Of a DNA stretch of 64,000 nucleotides, positions 30,016-38,897 are shown piece after piece (the stretch's first letter is position 1; each line of letters starts with the position of its first letter). The notes under the pieces were generated by a model, which saw nothing but the letters and a program-made list of their open reading frames with translations, was not told the origin of the DNA and did not search any database. The DNA comes from an uncultured candidate division Zixibacteria bacterium (GTDB taxonomy: Bacteria > Zixibacteria > MSB-5A5 > GN15 > PGXB01): positions 2,752,001-2,816,000 of the forward strand of contig OY969724.1 in NCBI GenBank assembly GCA_963702205.1, in the 5' to 3' direction. The position numbers and the translations under genes are program-made.

Positions 30016-31305
30016 ATGAAAGTATTGGTTATTGGTTCCGGAGGACGCGAGCACGCCCTGGCGTGGAAACTTCGCGGCTCCCGGCTTGTCAAAAAAGTAT
30101 TCGTCGCCCCCGGGAACGCCGGCATTGGCTTGATCGCCGAATGTGTCAATATCAAGGCCGATGACATCAAAGGTCTGGCGGATTTCGCGGCCAAAAATAA
30201 AATCTCGCTGACCGTGGTTGGCCCGGAACAGCCGCTTACGGCGGGAATTGTCGATGAATTCAAGAAACGTAAACTTCGCATAATCGGCCCGGTTCAGGCG
30301 GCCGCACGAATCGAGGGCTCCAAGGCCTTCGCCAAAGAATTTATGCGCAAATATCATATCCCGACCGCCCCGTTCCAGGTCTTTGAAGACGCCAACACGG
30401 CAATTACATTCGTGAAATCATCGCAAATGCCGATTGTGGTAAAAGCCGATGGCCTTGCCGCCGGCAAAGGCGTTATCGTGGCCGCGACCCTGGATGAAGC
30501 GGTCGAATCTATTAATCAAATCATGGTCGAGAAAATTTTCGGTGCGGCCGGAGACAAGGTTGTCATTGAGACATGTCTCGAAGGCCAGGAACTGTCCATG
30601 ATGTGCTTTACCGACGGCAAGACCGTCAAGGTTATGCTGCCGTCACAGGATCATAAGCAGATTGGCGAAGGCGACACCGGTCTCAATACGGGCGGTATGG
30701 GTGCCTATTGTCCGGTGCCGTTCGTCGACGATTCCATGCGGGATTTTGTGGTCGAACACATTCTCGAACCGGTCGTGCGCGGCATGGCCGCCGAAGGACA
30801 CCCTTATAAGGGCATCCTCTATGCGGGTCTGATGATTACGCCGTCGGGTCCGAAAGTCATGGAATTCAATTGCCGTTTCGGTGACCCGGAAACTCAGGCG
30901 GTTCTGTCTCTTTTAAAATCTGACCTGGCTGATATATTCATCGCCATGATCGACGGCAACCTCGATGCGTTCGGTGATTTGAAATGGGACGACGGCGCCG
31001 CGGCCTGTGTCGTTTTGGCATCACGCGGATATCCCCAAAAGGCGGAAACCGGCAAGCGAATATATGGTTTAAGAAACTACAGTGATAAAAAGTGTTATTT
31101 GTTCCATTCCGGGACGAGAAAAGACGGCAAACAATGGCTTACGGATGGTGGCCGTGTGGTCGGCGTAACCGGGACAGATAAGGATCTGAAAACGGCTTTA
31201 AACAGAGCTTATGAAGTAGTCGAGAATATCACATTCGACGGCATGTATTTCCGCAACGACATCGGTTTCAAAGCCGGAGCGAAATTCGAAAAGGTTGGAG
31301 TATAA
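30016..31305 (+). CDS. purD: Phosphoribosylamine--glycine ligase
   Basis: MKVLVIGSGGREHAL, KADGLAAGKGV, QDHK, NTGGMGAY, EFNCRFGDPE. Confidence 0.97.
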   Translation: MKVLVIGSGGREHALAWKLRGSRLVKKVFVAPGNAGIGLIAECVNIKADDIKGLADFAAKNKISLTVVGPEQPLTAGIVDEFKKRKLRIIGPVQAAARIEGSKAFAKEFMRKYHIPTAPFQVFEDANTAITFVKSSQMPIVVKADGLAAGKGVIVAATLDEAVESINQIMVEKIFGAAGDKVVIETCLEGQELSMMCFTDGKTVKVMLPSQDHKQIGEGDTGLNTGGMGAYCPVPFVDDSMRDFVVEHILEPVVRGMAAEGHPYKGILYAGLMITPSGPKVMEFNCRFGDPETQAVLSLLKSDLADIFIAMIDGNLDAFGDLKWDDGAAACVVLASRGYPQKAETGKRIYGLRNYSDKKCYLFHSGTRKDGKQWLTDGGRVVGVTGTDKDLKTALNRAYEVVENITFDGMYFRNDIGFKAGAKFEKVGV

Positions 31306-31308
31306 AAT

Positions 31309-31734
31309 ATGCCGAAAGTGCTTATAATGATCGGCTCGAAATCGGACCAGGAATACGCCGATGCCTGCTCCGGAGTCCTAAATAACCTCGGAATCGAAAA
31401 TTCACTGGAAATATCATCGGCGCATCGTCAGCCGGACCGGACCGACGATCTTGCGAAAAATTCCGCGCAAAACGGATTCGAGGTCGTTATATGTATGGCC
31501 GGTATGGCCGCGGCCCTGCCCGGAGTTGTCGCCGCTCGAACCAAACTTCCCGTGATAGGGGTGCCTCTTCCCGCAGCGCTGGATGGTATGGATTCACTTC
31601 TGGCCATAGCCCAGATGCCGTCGGGCATTCCCGTGGCAACTATGGCCATCGGGAAGGCCGGGGCGAAAAACGCCGCGTTTTTGGCGGCCCGGATTTTGGG
31701 TATTAAATATCCCGATATCGCCGCCAAACTGTGA
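31309..31734 (+). CDS. purE: N5-CAIR mutase PurE
   Basis: GSKSD, SAHR, AGMAAALPG, PVIGVP, QMPSGIPVAT. Confidence 0.93.
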   Translation: MPKVLIMIGSKSDQEYADACSGVLNNLGIENSLEISSAHRQPDRTDDLAKNSAQNGFEVVICMAGMAAALPGVVAARTKLPVIGVPLPAALDGMDSLLAIAQMPSGIPVATMAIGKAGAKNAAFLAARILGIKYPDIAAKL

Positions 31735-31804
31735 CCGGCATTTTTTTAAACGTCCCGGCGGACAAAATTGTAGAATGTTAAAAGAACCGAAAGGAGATAA
31801 ACGC

Positions 31805-32704
31805 ATGATTCGACATGGAAACCTGAAGCTGGCAACCTATCCCCTCATGCTATTAATCTTCCTGTTTGCATCAGTCGCCATGGCCGACACGGAAAAGGCC
31901 AAAGAACATTTTAATTTGGGATTGAAAGCGCAGCAGGAAGGCAACGACAGTCTGGCATTCGGAGAATATATTAATGCCGTAAACGAAGACGGCAATTTCC
32001 TGGATGCGCGGATAAATCTCGGTTCGATGTATTTCGGGAATGAGAAATTGCCCGAGGCCGAGGAGCAGTTCCGCAAAGCTACTGAAATCGACCCCACCAG
32101 TGCCGATGCCTGGTCCAATCTCGGCCTGACCTATTTCAAGGAACGCAAGTACCTTGATGCCGAACAGGCGCTTAAAAAGTCGCTTGAGCTGAACAAAAGC
32201 AACGTCGAATTGAACAAAGACCTGGGCAGAGTCTTTATGGTCGAGAAGAAATGGCCGGACCTCATTGATGTCATGACAAAATATACATCAACCGTCGCGG
32301 ATGATTATCTTAGCTTTTATCTGCTGGGCAAAGGGTATCAGAAACTTAAAAAATATCCTGAGGCGATAGAGGCTTACACGAAGTCGACCAAGCTAAACGG
32401 TGATTACTTCAATTCGTTTAACAGCCTTGGCCAGATATATCAGGCACAGGAAAAATACCCCCAGGCATACCAGATGTTCAAAAAGGCCGCCGAGATCAAT
32501 CCCGACAATTACCTGGCTCATTATAATCTCGCCATTGCGTACGAGCACGACAATCAGGACAAAGTCGACCAGGTCATTGCCAACTGGCAGAAATTCATAA
32601 AGGTGGCCAAGAAGAATCCGAGGGCCAAGGAGCTAATAGCCCCTGCCGAGGATCATCTGAAAGAGCTGCAGGCTCTTAAGGATTACGAAAAAAACGAAGG
32701 GTAA
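31805..32704 (+). CDS. Secreted TPR-repeat protein
   Basis: AAGGAG SD before ATG 31805; signal peptide; repeated NLG/LG..Y TPR units. Confidence 0.88.
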   Translation: MIRHGNLKLATYPLMLLIFLFASVAMADTEKAKEHFNLGLKAQQEGNDSLAFGEYINAVNEDGNFLDARINLGSMYFGNEKLPEAEEQFRKATEIDPTSADAWSNLGLTYFKERKYLDAEQALKKSLELNKSNVELNKDLGRVFMVEKKWPDLIDVMTKYTSTVADDYLSFYLLGKGYQKLKKYPEAIEAYTKSTKLNGDYFNSFNSLGQIYQAQEKYPQAYQMFKKAAEINPDNYLAHYNLAIAYEHDNQDKVDQVIANWQKFIKVAKKNPRAKELIAPAEDHLKELQALKDYEKNEG

Positions 32705-32712
32705 AATGCATG

Positions 32713-32743
32713 AAGAACCCCGGTCAAAACGGGGTTCTTTTTT
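32713..32743 (+). terminator. Intrinsic terminator
   Basis: AAGAACCCC/GGGGTTCTT stem followed by a T run. Confidence 0.85.
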
Positions 32744-32767
32744 ATACCGTTAAACGCGGGTAACAGG

Positions 32768-33640
32768 TTGCTGGAAAAACTTAAAACTCCGATTGCCTGC
32801 ACCAAACTCGGGCTCGGTTTCAATGTTTTCCTTCTAATCCTGAAATTAGTGGGAGGGATTTGGGGGCAATCTCAGGCGTTGCTGGCCGACGCCTTAAATT
32901 CATTACTCGACATCGTCGCCAATATCGTCGTCTGGCTCGGCATTAAGATCGCCGAAAGGCCACCCGACCGCGAGCACCCCTATGGCCACGGAAACGCTGA
33001 CAATCTTGCGGCGATATTTGTCGCCATAGTGCTTTTCATCACCGGCGCTTATATCGGCCGCGATGCCTTCAGCACTATCATGGAAAAAAGCTACGCGACG
33101 CCCAATATCGTAGCCACCGTGGCGGCCATAGTCACCATATTAATCAAGCTTGCGCTTTACAAATTCACCGTCAAAATCGGTCGGGAATACCGCTCCCCGG
33201 CCGTAATCGCCAATGCCCAGGACCATCGTTCCGACGTTCTTATTTCTCTGGGGGCCCTGATCGGCATTATAGTCGCACAGCTCGGCTATCCCATTCTTGA
33301 CCCGCTGGCCGGGTTGTACATTGCCGTATTCATACTAAGGCAATCCGTAAAAATACTGCGTGAAAACGTCGGCACCCTGATGGTTTCATCGCCGGATATG
33401 GCTTTGGAAAAAGAGCTTAAAGAATATATATCGAATTTGGGTGAGGTAAAAAAAGTCGCCTGGATAAAAGGTCGTGCGGTCGGTTCGGGGTATTATATCG
33501 ACGCCGCGGTATGCGTGCGGGGCGATATGACCGTCAGTCGCGGCCATGATATCGCACACGATATAGGGACATCCGTCAGGGCCGCATTTCCGACCATCCT
33601 CGACGTGCTGGTTCACATCGAACCCGATTCCGAAAGCTGA
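32768..33640 (+). CDS. Cation diffusion facilitator (FieF/MamM-like) transporter
   Basis: SQALLADALNSLLD, PPDREHPYGHG, DHRSD, LDP and VLVHIEP CDF motifs. Confidence 0.93.
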   Translation: MLEKLKTPIACTKLGLGFNVFLLILKLVGGIWGQSQALLADALNSLLDIVANIVVWLGIKIAERPPDREHPYGHGNADNLAAIFVAIVLFITGAYIGRDAFSTIMEKSYATPNIVATVAAIVTILIKLALYKFTVKIGREYRSPAVIANAQDHRSDVLISLGALIGIIVAQLGYPILDPLAGLYIAVFILRQSVKILRENVGTLMVSSPDMALEKELKEYISNLGEVKKVAWIKGRAVGSGYYIDAAVCVRGDMTVSRGHDIAHDIGTSVRAAFPTILDVLVHIEPDSES

Positions 33641-33667
33641 CTTTGAGTGTTGTGACAGTTTTTAACC

Positions 33668-33695
33668 TTGACAAATGACGGGATCGTAATATTTT
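33668..33695 (+). promoter_or_regulatory. Sigma70-type promoter with no downstream protein gene
   Basis: TTGACA (33668-33673)-N16-TATTTT (33690-33695), pointing at a long hairpin with a U tract. Confidence 0.55.
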
Positions 33696-33701
33696 TTAAT
33701 T

Positions 33702-33783
33702 GAGAACTAAGAGAGTTTCTCTTTGGTTTCCATGGGCATGTCTCCTATCCCCTCTTGTCCAACCAAAGAAAACTCTCTTTTTT
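33702..33783 (+). ncRNA. Candidate ~80-nt small RNA: long hairpin with C/U-rich loop
   Basis: AAGAGAGTTTCTCTTTGGTT (33709-33728) is nearly complementary to AACCAAAGAAAACTCTCTT (33761-33779); inner GGGCA/TGTCC stem; loop TGTCTCCTATCCCCTCT; ends in T6. Confidence 0.55.
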
Positions 33784-33811
33784 AATTCGTGAGAATTAAT
33801 CCGATACAATT

Positions 33812-33859
33812 AAATAACCCCCGAAGCGGCCTACGGGGTTGACCACAGCGGGGGTTTTT
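33812..33859. terminator. Bidirectional terminator-like hairpin between convergent units
   Basis: AACCCCCG...CGGGGGTT stem with an inner stem, T/A-rich on both sides. Confidence 0.65.
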
Positions 33860-33892
33860 ATGTGAGGGCTTTATCGTCGTACAATACCGCTT

Positions 33893-35129
33893 CTATTGAT
33901 CGAACTCCACTTTTTTAAAATCATACCAGTCGACCATGACGGCTTCTTTGTCGTTCCCTTCGAAAATAAATATACCCTTATTGTCGTCGTCGACGTCGTT
34001 CGAATCTCTGAGGCGGAATTCGCGGCCGTCTTTCAGCTTTACGACGCTGCTGCTGCGGGACCGTCTTTCGATCGACGCGATATTGCCGAACTCGATGTCC
34101 ATATCGACGTCGTTGTACTTTCCGTCCAGGAGCTCCCACGTGTATTCTTCGTCGTCGTCCCATTTGACGCGGCCGTTGTACTTCTCGCCGTCCTCTGTAT
34201 AGACCGTTCCGTGAAGAAGCTTGCCGCCGTCAAAATCGCCGTATTTCGGCTCAGCCGGACCATCACTGAACTCGATGCCGTCGAATTCGTCCCAATCCAC
34301 AATGATGCGTCCGAGGTTTTTATCAAAAACACAAATGCCCCGGTTACCGCTGTCGATGTCATTGGATTCGGTCAGCCGCATTTCATTACCGCTTTTGAGA
34401 GTAACATTGGCGCTGCTCGACGAGCGCCTTTCTATTTTTTCGATATTGCCGAATTCGATTTTTCTCTTCCGGCTCGATTCGCGGCCGTCGAGAATGTCAT
34501 TATCGAAAATCTCATCGATATCCCAGGTGATAAATCCGGTGAAATCATCGCCGCGACGGGTCATGACTTTGCCGTAAAGCCTTTTGCCGAAGCCTTCTTC
34601 GTTCGGTGCTTCCATGAATTCCACTTTATCTATATCAGACCAGTACAACTCCAGTTCGCCTTCTTTTTTATCTTTAATAAGGATTTCTCTGACGTCGTCG
34701 CCAATATCGGTCGAGCCTCCTTCCAAATAGACCTCTTCTCCCGATTTCAGTACCAGCGTAGCCTCATCGCTGCCATCGGGCATAATGGTCTTGATATGAC
34801 CCATCTCAATTCCTGATTCGGCGGCGTCGACACCGAAAAAGCTGCCGTCGTTTTCATCGTAAACTGTCAGCCCGAAAATCGAAATGCGGCGGTCGCGACG
34901 TTTGCGGTCATGATAATAACGTCTGTCCCGCTCGCGATCGAGTTCTTTGGTGCCGTCGAGTATATCGTGCCAGGAGCCTTCGTTTTTATCCCAACGAATG
35001 AATCCTTCATAGACTTCATCATCGGTCGTGTATATTTTTCCGTAAAGTTCTCCACTTCCGGCGGATGCCGACGCGCAAATCATGACTACGAACACTCCAA
35101 ACCCCAGCAATAGCAGTACCTGATTTCAT
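33893..35129 (-). CDS. Secreted protein with three internal ~120-aa repeats; one extra base near 35119-35120
   Basis: Repeats begin LYGKIYT/LYGKVMT/LHGTVYT..G...WD..E...D.LDG. ATG 35129 with GAGGT SD is 1 nt out of frame with the 35110 ORF; removing one base gives the signal peptide MKSVLLLLGFGVFVVMICASASA. Confidence 0.85.
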
Positions 35130-35172
35130 AGTAAACCTCGCGTAGACGGATATTTATTCACTTTTTAAATTG

Positions 35173-35198
35173 GACGGCAAAAAAAAGAGAAAGTTGCA
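35173..35198 (-). promoter_or_regulatory. ECF sigma factor-type promoter
   Basis: TGCAAC-N16-CGTC on the minus strand, with a T-rich spacer. Confidence 0.6.
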
Positions 35199-35248
35199 AT
35201 TAATTGCCGAATATAGGGATCATAAGGGATTTTATTACGCGATGATCT

Positions 35249-38110
35249 CTACTTGAGAAGGACCATTTTCCGAACCTGACGAATCGAGCCTCCGCTCAGT
35301 TTATAGAAATAGATACCGCTTGGAGCTGTCCGGGAATTTTCCACACGACCGTCCCAGGAGACCTCGTGTCGCCCCGCTCCAAGATATCCAAAATCGAATT
35401 CCCTGACAACCTGGCCGAGGATATTGAATATTTCCATCTTCACTTGAGACCTTCTATCCAGCACGAAGGCAATAGTGGTTTGAGCATTAAACGGATTGGG
35501 ATAGTTCTGTTTCAATTCCATTTTGTCGGGAAGCAAGTCTTCGTCATCACCCACGGCCGTTGGATGCCCCACAAACAGCGATCCGACCTTTATACCGGGG
35601 TAGTTTTTAACCAGAAAAGTATCGAGGATGTAAGCGCCGGAACTGTCGGAATAAAGTGTATCGAGCACGGCGATGGCATTGGTATCGCGGGCGGTGTAAA
35701 ACAGATTGCCGAGAAAATATCTGCCTGGTGGCAGCGCCAAGGAATCGAATATGGCCGGACTCAGGCGGAACCCGAATTCACCGACGGCGTCACCGCTGAA
35801 CCCCTGGTAGAAATCGACTCCGGGCGGCCACGTGCTGAGGCTGAAGTCAAGCGAATCCAGCGCGACAATATGGCTGTCCGATGCAAACGGGACATAACCG
35901 GACTTGGCCGGTTCCAGCAGGTCGATAAATATCGGGACCACGCCGATCATGCCGGGCATGGTATTACTGTTCATAAAGACGATGCTGTCTCCGGAAGAAA
36001 GATAGAGATTCACAGGCACCGCTACGGAGACATTAAACGAAGCGCTGTCATAAATATCGATATGAGTCTTGTAAAACCCCGAACTGAGATTTTCAGTGTT
36101 TACTCCGACGGAGATGACATCGTTATCGGTTCCGAATGATTTATCAATGCTGAGCCAGATCGAGTTTTCGAGCGCCGTCCATGCCAGACTCCCGGTAGCA
36201 CCGTTTATTACGGTCAACTGCTGTATCGGATTATCACCGACGACCGCGAAGAAATCCAGTTGATCGGGCATAACGGCCAGGTACGGTTTATTGTCGACCA
36301 GGCTTAATTCAACCCAGCAGGTTTCCGGCGAATTGGCCGCTTCGGCCGAGACAATTTCCACCGGCGCCCAATAATCGCCCGGGTCGAGATTGAAAATCGA
36401 AACACCAAGTTCCAGACTATCGCCCCCGGCGCCCGACGATGCACTGAAAATGTCCAGCCAGTCGGCCGATTCAGATGCGTGCCATGTCAATGTACCGGAA
36501 CCGGCGTTTAATATTGCTATTGTCTTATTTTCAGGATTACCGACAGCCGCGTGTGCCGGGAATATCAAGGTATCGGGAACGATATCTATCAGCGGCGATG
36601 ATACGGTCAGGCGGACCGGGATAATAACAGTCGAATCGTTCTGGCTGACATTTACCAGCCTGATCTGGCCGTAATAATCCCCATTGCCGAATGTATTGTC
36701 GAGCACTTCGACGGAAAACGTATCGGGCGTTGTCCCTGAATTCGGGGTAACGCTCAGCCAACTGACATTGGTCGTGGCACTCCAATCAAGGGCCCCGTAC
36801 CCGGCATTGGTGACAAAAACCTCCACCGGATCCGGAGGCGGTTGACCGTACTCCATATCAAATATTATCTCATCGACACTGGGCACGAGCGATGGATCGT
36901 TGTACTTTATAATCGACGCATAAATATCGAAATTACCGTTGCGATAGTCGGACCAGGTGGCGAACATTTTGAAACCGTCGGCGGCGATATCCGGCTGCAG
37001 CTGCTTGCCGATCACTTCCTGTGAAAGAAGAAAACTGCTCGGAGCCAGCACTCCCCGATAGTCGATAATTCTGGCGCGCACATCCCAGTTATCCGACGTC
37101 GAATCGGCCCACGCCACGCAGACGTTGCCCATAGCGTCGGCACAGATAGCGCAGTCGCGTTGCGGACGACCACCGTCGATTCCGACTATTTTGACCGAGG
37201 CTTCGAGCGGTGTGCCGTCGGCGGCGTAACGCCGGACATAGATATCCGGATTCGCCGGATAAATGCCGTTGCGCCAGTCGGTCCAGGCGACAAAGAACCG
37301 CCCGTTGATATCGGCCGCAATCGCCGGAAAAGCCTGGCGTTTGCCAGTGGCGTCATCGTTGACCATAAAATTGGTCCCCGTCGGATCCGCCGATTGGTCG
37401 AAGCGCTGGGCGTAGATATCGTCGTCGCCGTTTCGGTTATCATACCATGCCACGACAAAACCGCCGTCGGCCAGCGCCGCCACGCGCGGGGCATGCTGGG
37501 CGGCTTTGGCGATATCATCGTTGATAATAAAATTGCCCTGTATCATCTGCCCGTCGGCCGTAACGATCTGGCCGTATATGTCCCAGTTCTTATTGCGATA
37601 GTCCGACCAGACAGAAACAAATGACCCATTGACAAGGACGGCAATGTCGGCCGACTCCCGGGTGGAATCGGGCGCCAGGGCGGTGATTTCGATATTATCC
37701 GAACCGGACAGGGTGTCTATGGGAGCGAAAAATATATCGGCTCCGAACGGGTAAGAACCATTTCTGAAATCCTGCCAGACGGCTGCGAATTGCCCGAGGT
37801 TATTGGCGGCGACAGACGGATGATATTGCGGTGATGAACCGATGTCGTTGTTAAGCTTGTAATTGTCGCCCGAAGCCGTTCCGGAGCTGTCGAAGAACTG
37901 GAAATATATATCGCTGTTGGCGGAGCGCTTGTCGGTCCAGACGATGATAAAATCGCCGCTGTGATCGACCGCTATACGGGGGTCGGCCTGATCGGTTACC
38001 GTTTGATCGTCGTTGACGCGAATATCAAAAATATCGGCCGTGCATAGTTGCACCACGCCAACCAGACAGAGGCTAATCAGAAAGGCGATTTTGAATATTC
38101 TTTTAGCCAT
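35249..38110 (-). CDS. Large secreted protein: repeat (propeller-like) N-terminus, BACON/Ig domains, T9SS-type/FlgD-Ig C-terminal sorting domain
   Basis: About six V.W.D.RNG..DIY repeats; N.G.G.L.W.A.....WL BACON-like units; C-terminal L.QNYPNPFN...IFNILGQ.V...WDG...SGIYFY...KMVLLK. Confidence 0.88.
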   Translation of the reverse strand: MAKRIFKIAFLISLCLVGVVQLCTADIFDIRVNDDQTVTDQADPRIAVDHSGDFIIVWTDKRSANSDIYFQFFDSSGTASGDNYKLNNDIGSSPQYHPSVAANNLGQFAAVWQDFRNGSYPFGADIFFAPIDTLSGSDNIEITALAPDSTRESADIAVLVNGSFVSVWSDYRNKNWDIYGQIVTADGQMIQGNFIINDDIAKAAQHAPRVAALADGGFVVAWYDNRNGDDDIYAQRFDQSADPTGTNFMVNDDATGKRQAFPAIAADINGRFFVAWTDWRNGIYPANPDIYVRRYAADGTPLEASVKIVGIDGGRPQRDCAICADAMGNVCVAWADSTSDNWDVRARIIDYRGVLAPSSFLLSQEVIGKQLQPDIAADGFKMFATWSDYRNGNFDIYASIIKYNDPSLVPSVDEIIFDMEYGQPPPDPVEVFVTNAGYGALDWSATTNVSWLSVTPNSGTTPDTFSVEVLDNTFGNGDYYGQIRLVNVSQNDSTVIIPVRLTVSSPLIDIVPDTLIFPAHAAVGNPENKTIAILNAGSGTLTWHASESADWLDIFSASSGAGGDSLELGVSIFNLDPGDYWAPVEIVSAEAANSPETCWVELSLVDNKPYLAVMPDQLDFFAVVGDNPIQQLTVINGATGSLAWTALENSIWLSIDKSFGTDNDVISVGVNTENLSSGFYKTHIDIYDSASFNVSVAVPVNLYLSSGDSIVFMNSNTMPGMIGVVPIFIDLLEPAKSGYVPFASDSHIVALDSLDFSLSTWPPGVDFYQGFSGDAVGEFGFRLSPAIFDSLALPPGRYFLGNLFYTARDTNAIAVLDTLYSDSSGAYILDTFLVKNYPGIKVGSLFVGHPTAVGDDEDLLPDKMELKQNYPNPFNAQTTIAFVLDRRSQVKMEIFNILGQVVREFDFGYLGAGRHEVSWDGRVENSRTAPSGIYFYKLSGGSIRQVRKMVLLK

Positions 38111-38123
38111 AGCGACTTATGAT

Positions 38124-38139
38124 TGCAATCGGAATGCCG
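38124..38139 (-). promoter_or_regulatory. Sigma54-type promoter (-24/-12)
   Basis: CGGCATTCCGATTGCA, GG-N10-GC spacing. Confidence 0.55.
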
Positions 38140-38239
38140 GAAAGCCGACAGCGAGTTAACCCTGAGTACACTTCATAACACATTGAAGAATAATGAATTA
38201 TTATTATCAATTAATCAATTAATTTAATGTTCGATTTTT

Positions 38240-38292
38240 ATAAATAAAGAACGGGGAAAGTCGTTCCGAAAGTGCGGGAACGAATTTCCCCG
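38240..38292 (-). terminator. Long hairpin terminator after bS22
   Basis: CGGGGAAA.TCGTTCC/GGAACGA.TTTCCCCG stem (38252-38292) followed by TTCTTTATTT on the minus strand. Confidence 0.7.
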
Positions 38293-38323
38293 AAAAAATT
38301 CCTGCCAGTAAATTTATATTTAG

Positions 38324-38419
38324 CTAGCGATTTTTCTTTTTATGACGGTCAGCTCTCCTGCGTTTTCTGCGCTTATGAGTTTTAATTTTCTGACGTTTTC
38401 TCTTCTTTCCGCTCGGCAT
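38324..38419 (-). CDS. 30S ribosomal protein bS22 (AURKAIP1/COX24-like, 31 aa)
   Basis: Not in the ORF track. GGAGG SD, then MPSGKKRKRQKIKTHKRRKRRRADRHKKKNR*, closely resembling Bacteroidota bS22. Confidence 0.88.
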   Translation of the reverse strand: MPSGKKRKRQKIKTHKRRKRRRADRHKKKNR

Positions 38420-38449
38420 TAATCCTCCATCTCAGGAAACTGTAATTAG

Positions 38450-38734
38450 TTAGACAGGCAGTTTGGTTATCATGTTCTTGAATTCGTTCGAGGGCTTAAA
38501 CACTGGCACTTTTCTTCCCGGCACAGGAACAACTTCCCCTGTTCTCGGATTTCGCGCTTTGCGTTCCTTGCGTAATTTGATTTTGAACGTACCGAATCCG
38601 CGAATTTCGATATTATTGCCGACCTCCATTGATTTCTTCACGGTATCAAGAAAGGCGTCAACGACTACGGCAACATCTGTCCTGGTCAGGCCGGTTCTTT
38701 CGGCCACCCTTTCAACCAGATCAGCCTTGGTCAT
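38450..38734 (-). CDS. HU/IHF-beta family DNA-binding protein
   Basis: MTKADLV, IEIRGFGTF, ARNPRTGE, PVFKPS. Confidence 0.93.
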   Translation of the reverse strand: MTKADLVERVAERTGLTRTDVAVVVDAFLDTVKKSMEVGNNIEIRGFGTFKIKLRKERKARNPRTGEVVPVPGRKVPVFKPSNEFKNMITKLPV

Positions 38735-38897
38735 ATTTTCCTCCCTCTCAAGCTTACTGGTTTATTATCATTTCTTTTTTTCATAATACATATTCCCAAA
38801 TTCTGTCAAAGAACAAATTGACGATTCACGCTAAGCCTTTGACAAATCGTTACATAAGGTAAATTATTTCAAAAAATAACGCAAGGATTTTTATAAA

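Noticed and set aside
31700..31760. Read-through or frameshift extending the short PurE C-terminus
   Set aside because: An in-frame TAA follows within a few codons and no PurE-like continuation is visible.
33707..33739. Minus-strand micro-ORF MPMETKEKLS behind AGGAG, and four GGA motifs suggesting a CsrA sponge
   Set aside because: Promoter and U tract both point to the plus strand, and a terminator lies upstream on the minus strand; the SD is simply the complement of the anti-SD loop. Not fully excluded.
33696..33800. 6S RNA or SRP RNA identity for the hairpin
   Set aside because: Too short for 6S, and no SRP GGAA tetraloop/internal-loop motif.
33896..34816. Long plus-strand ORFs such as 33896..34816, 13152..13985, 22786..23634, 35366..36139, 48422..49183 and 53066..54022
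   Set aside because: All lie antisense to well-supported genes and show no recognisable motifs; expected from codon bias.
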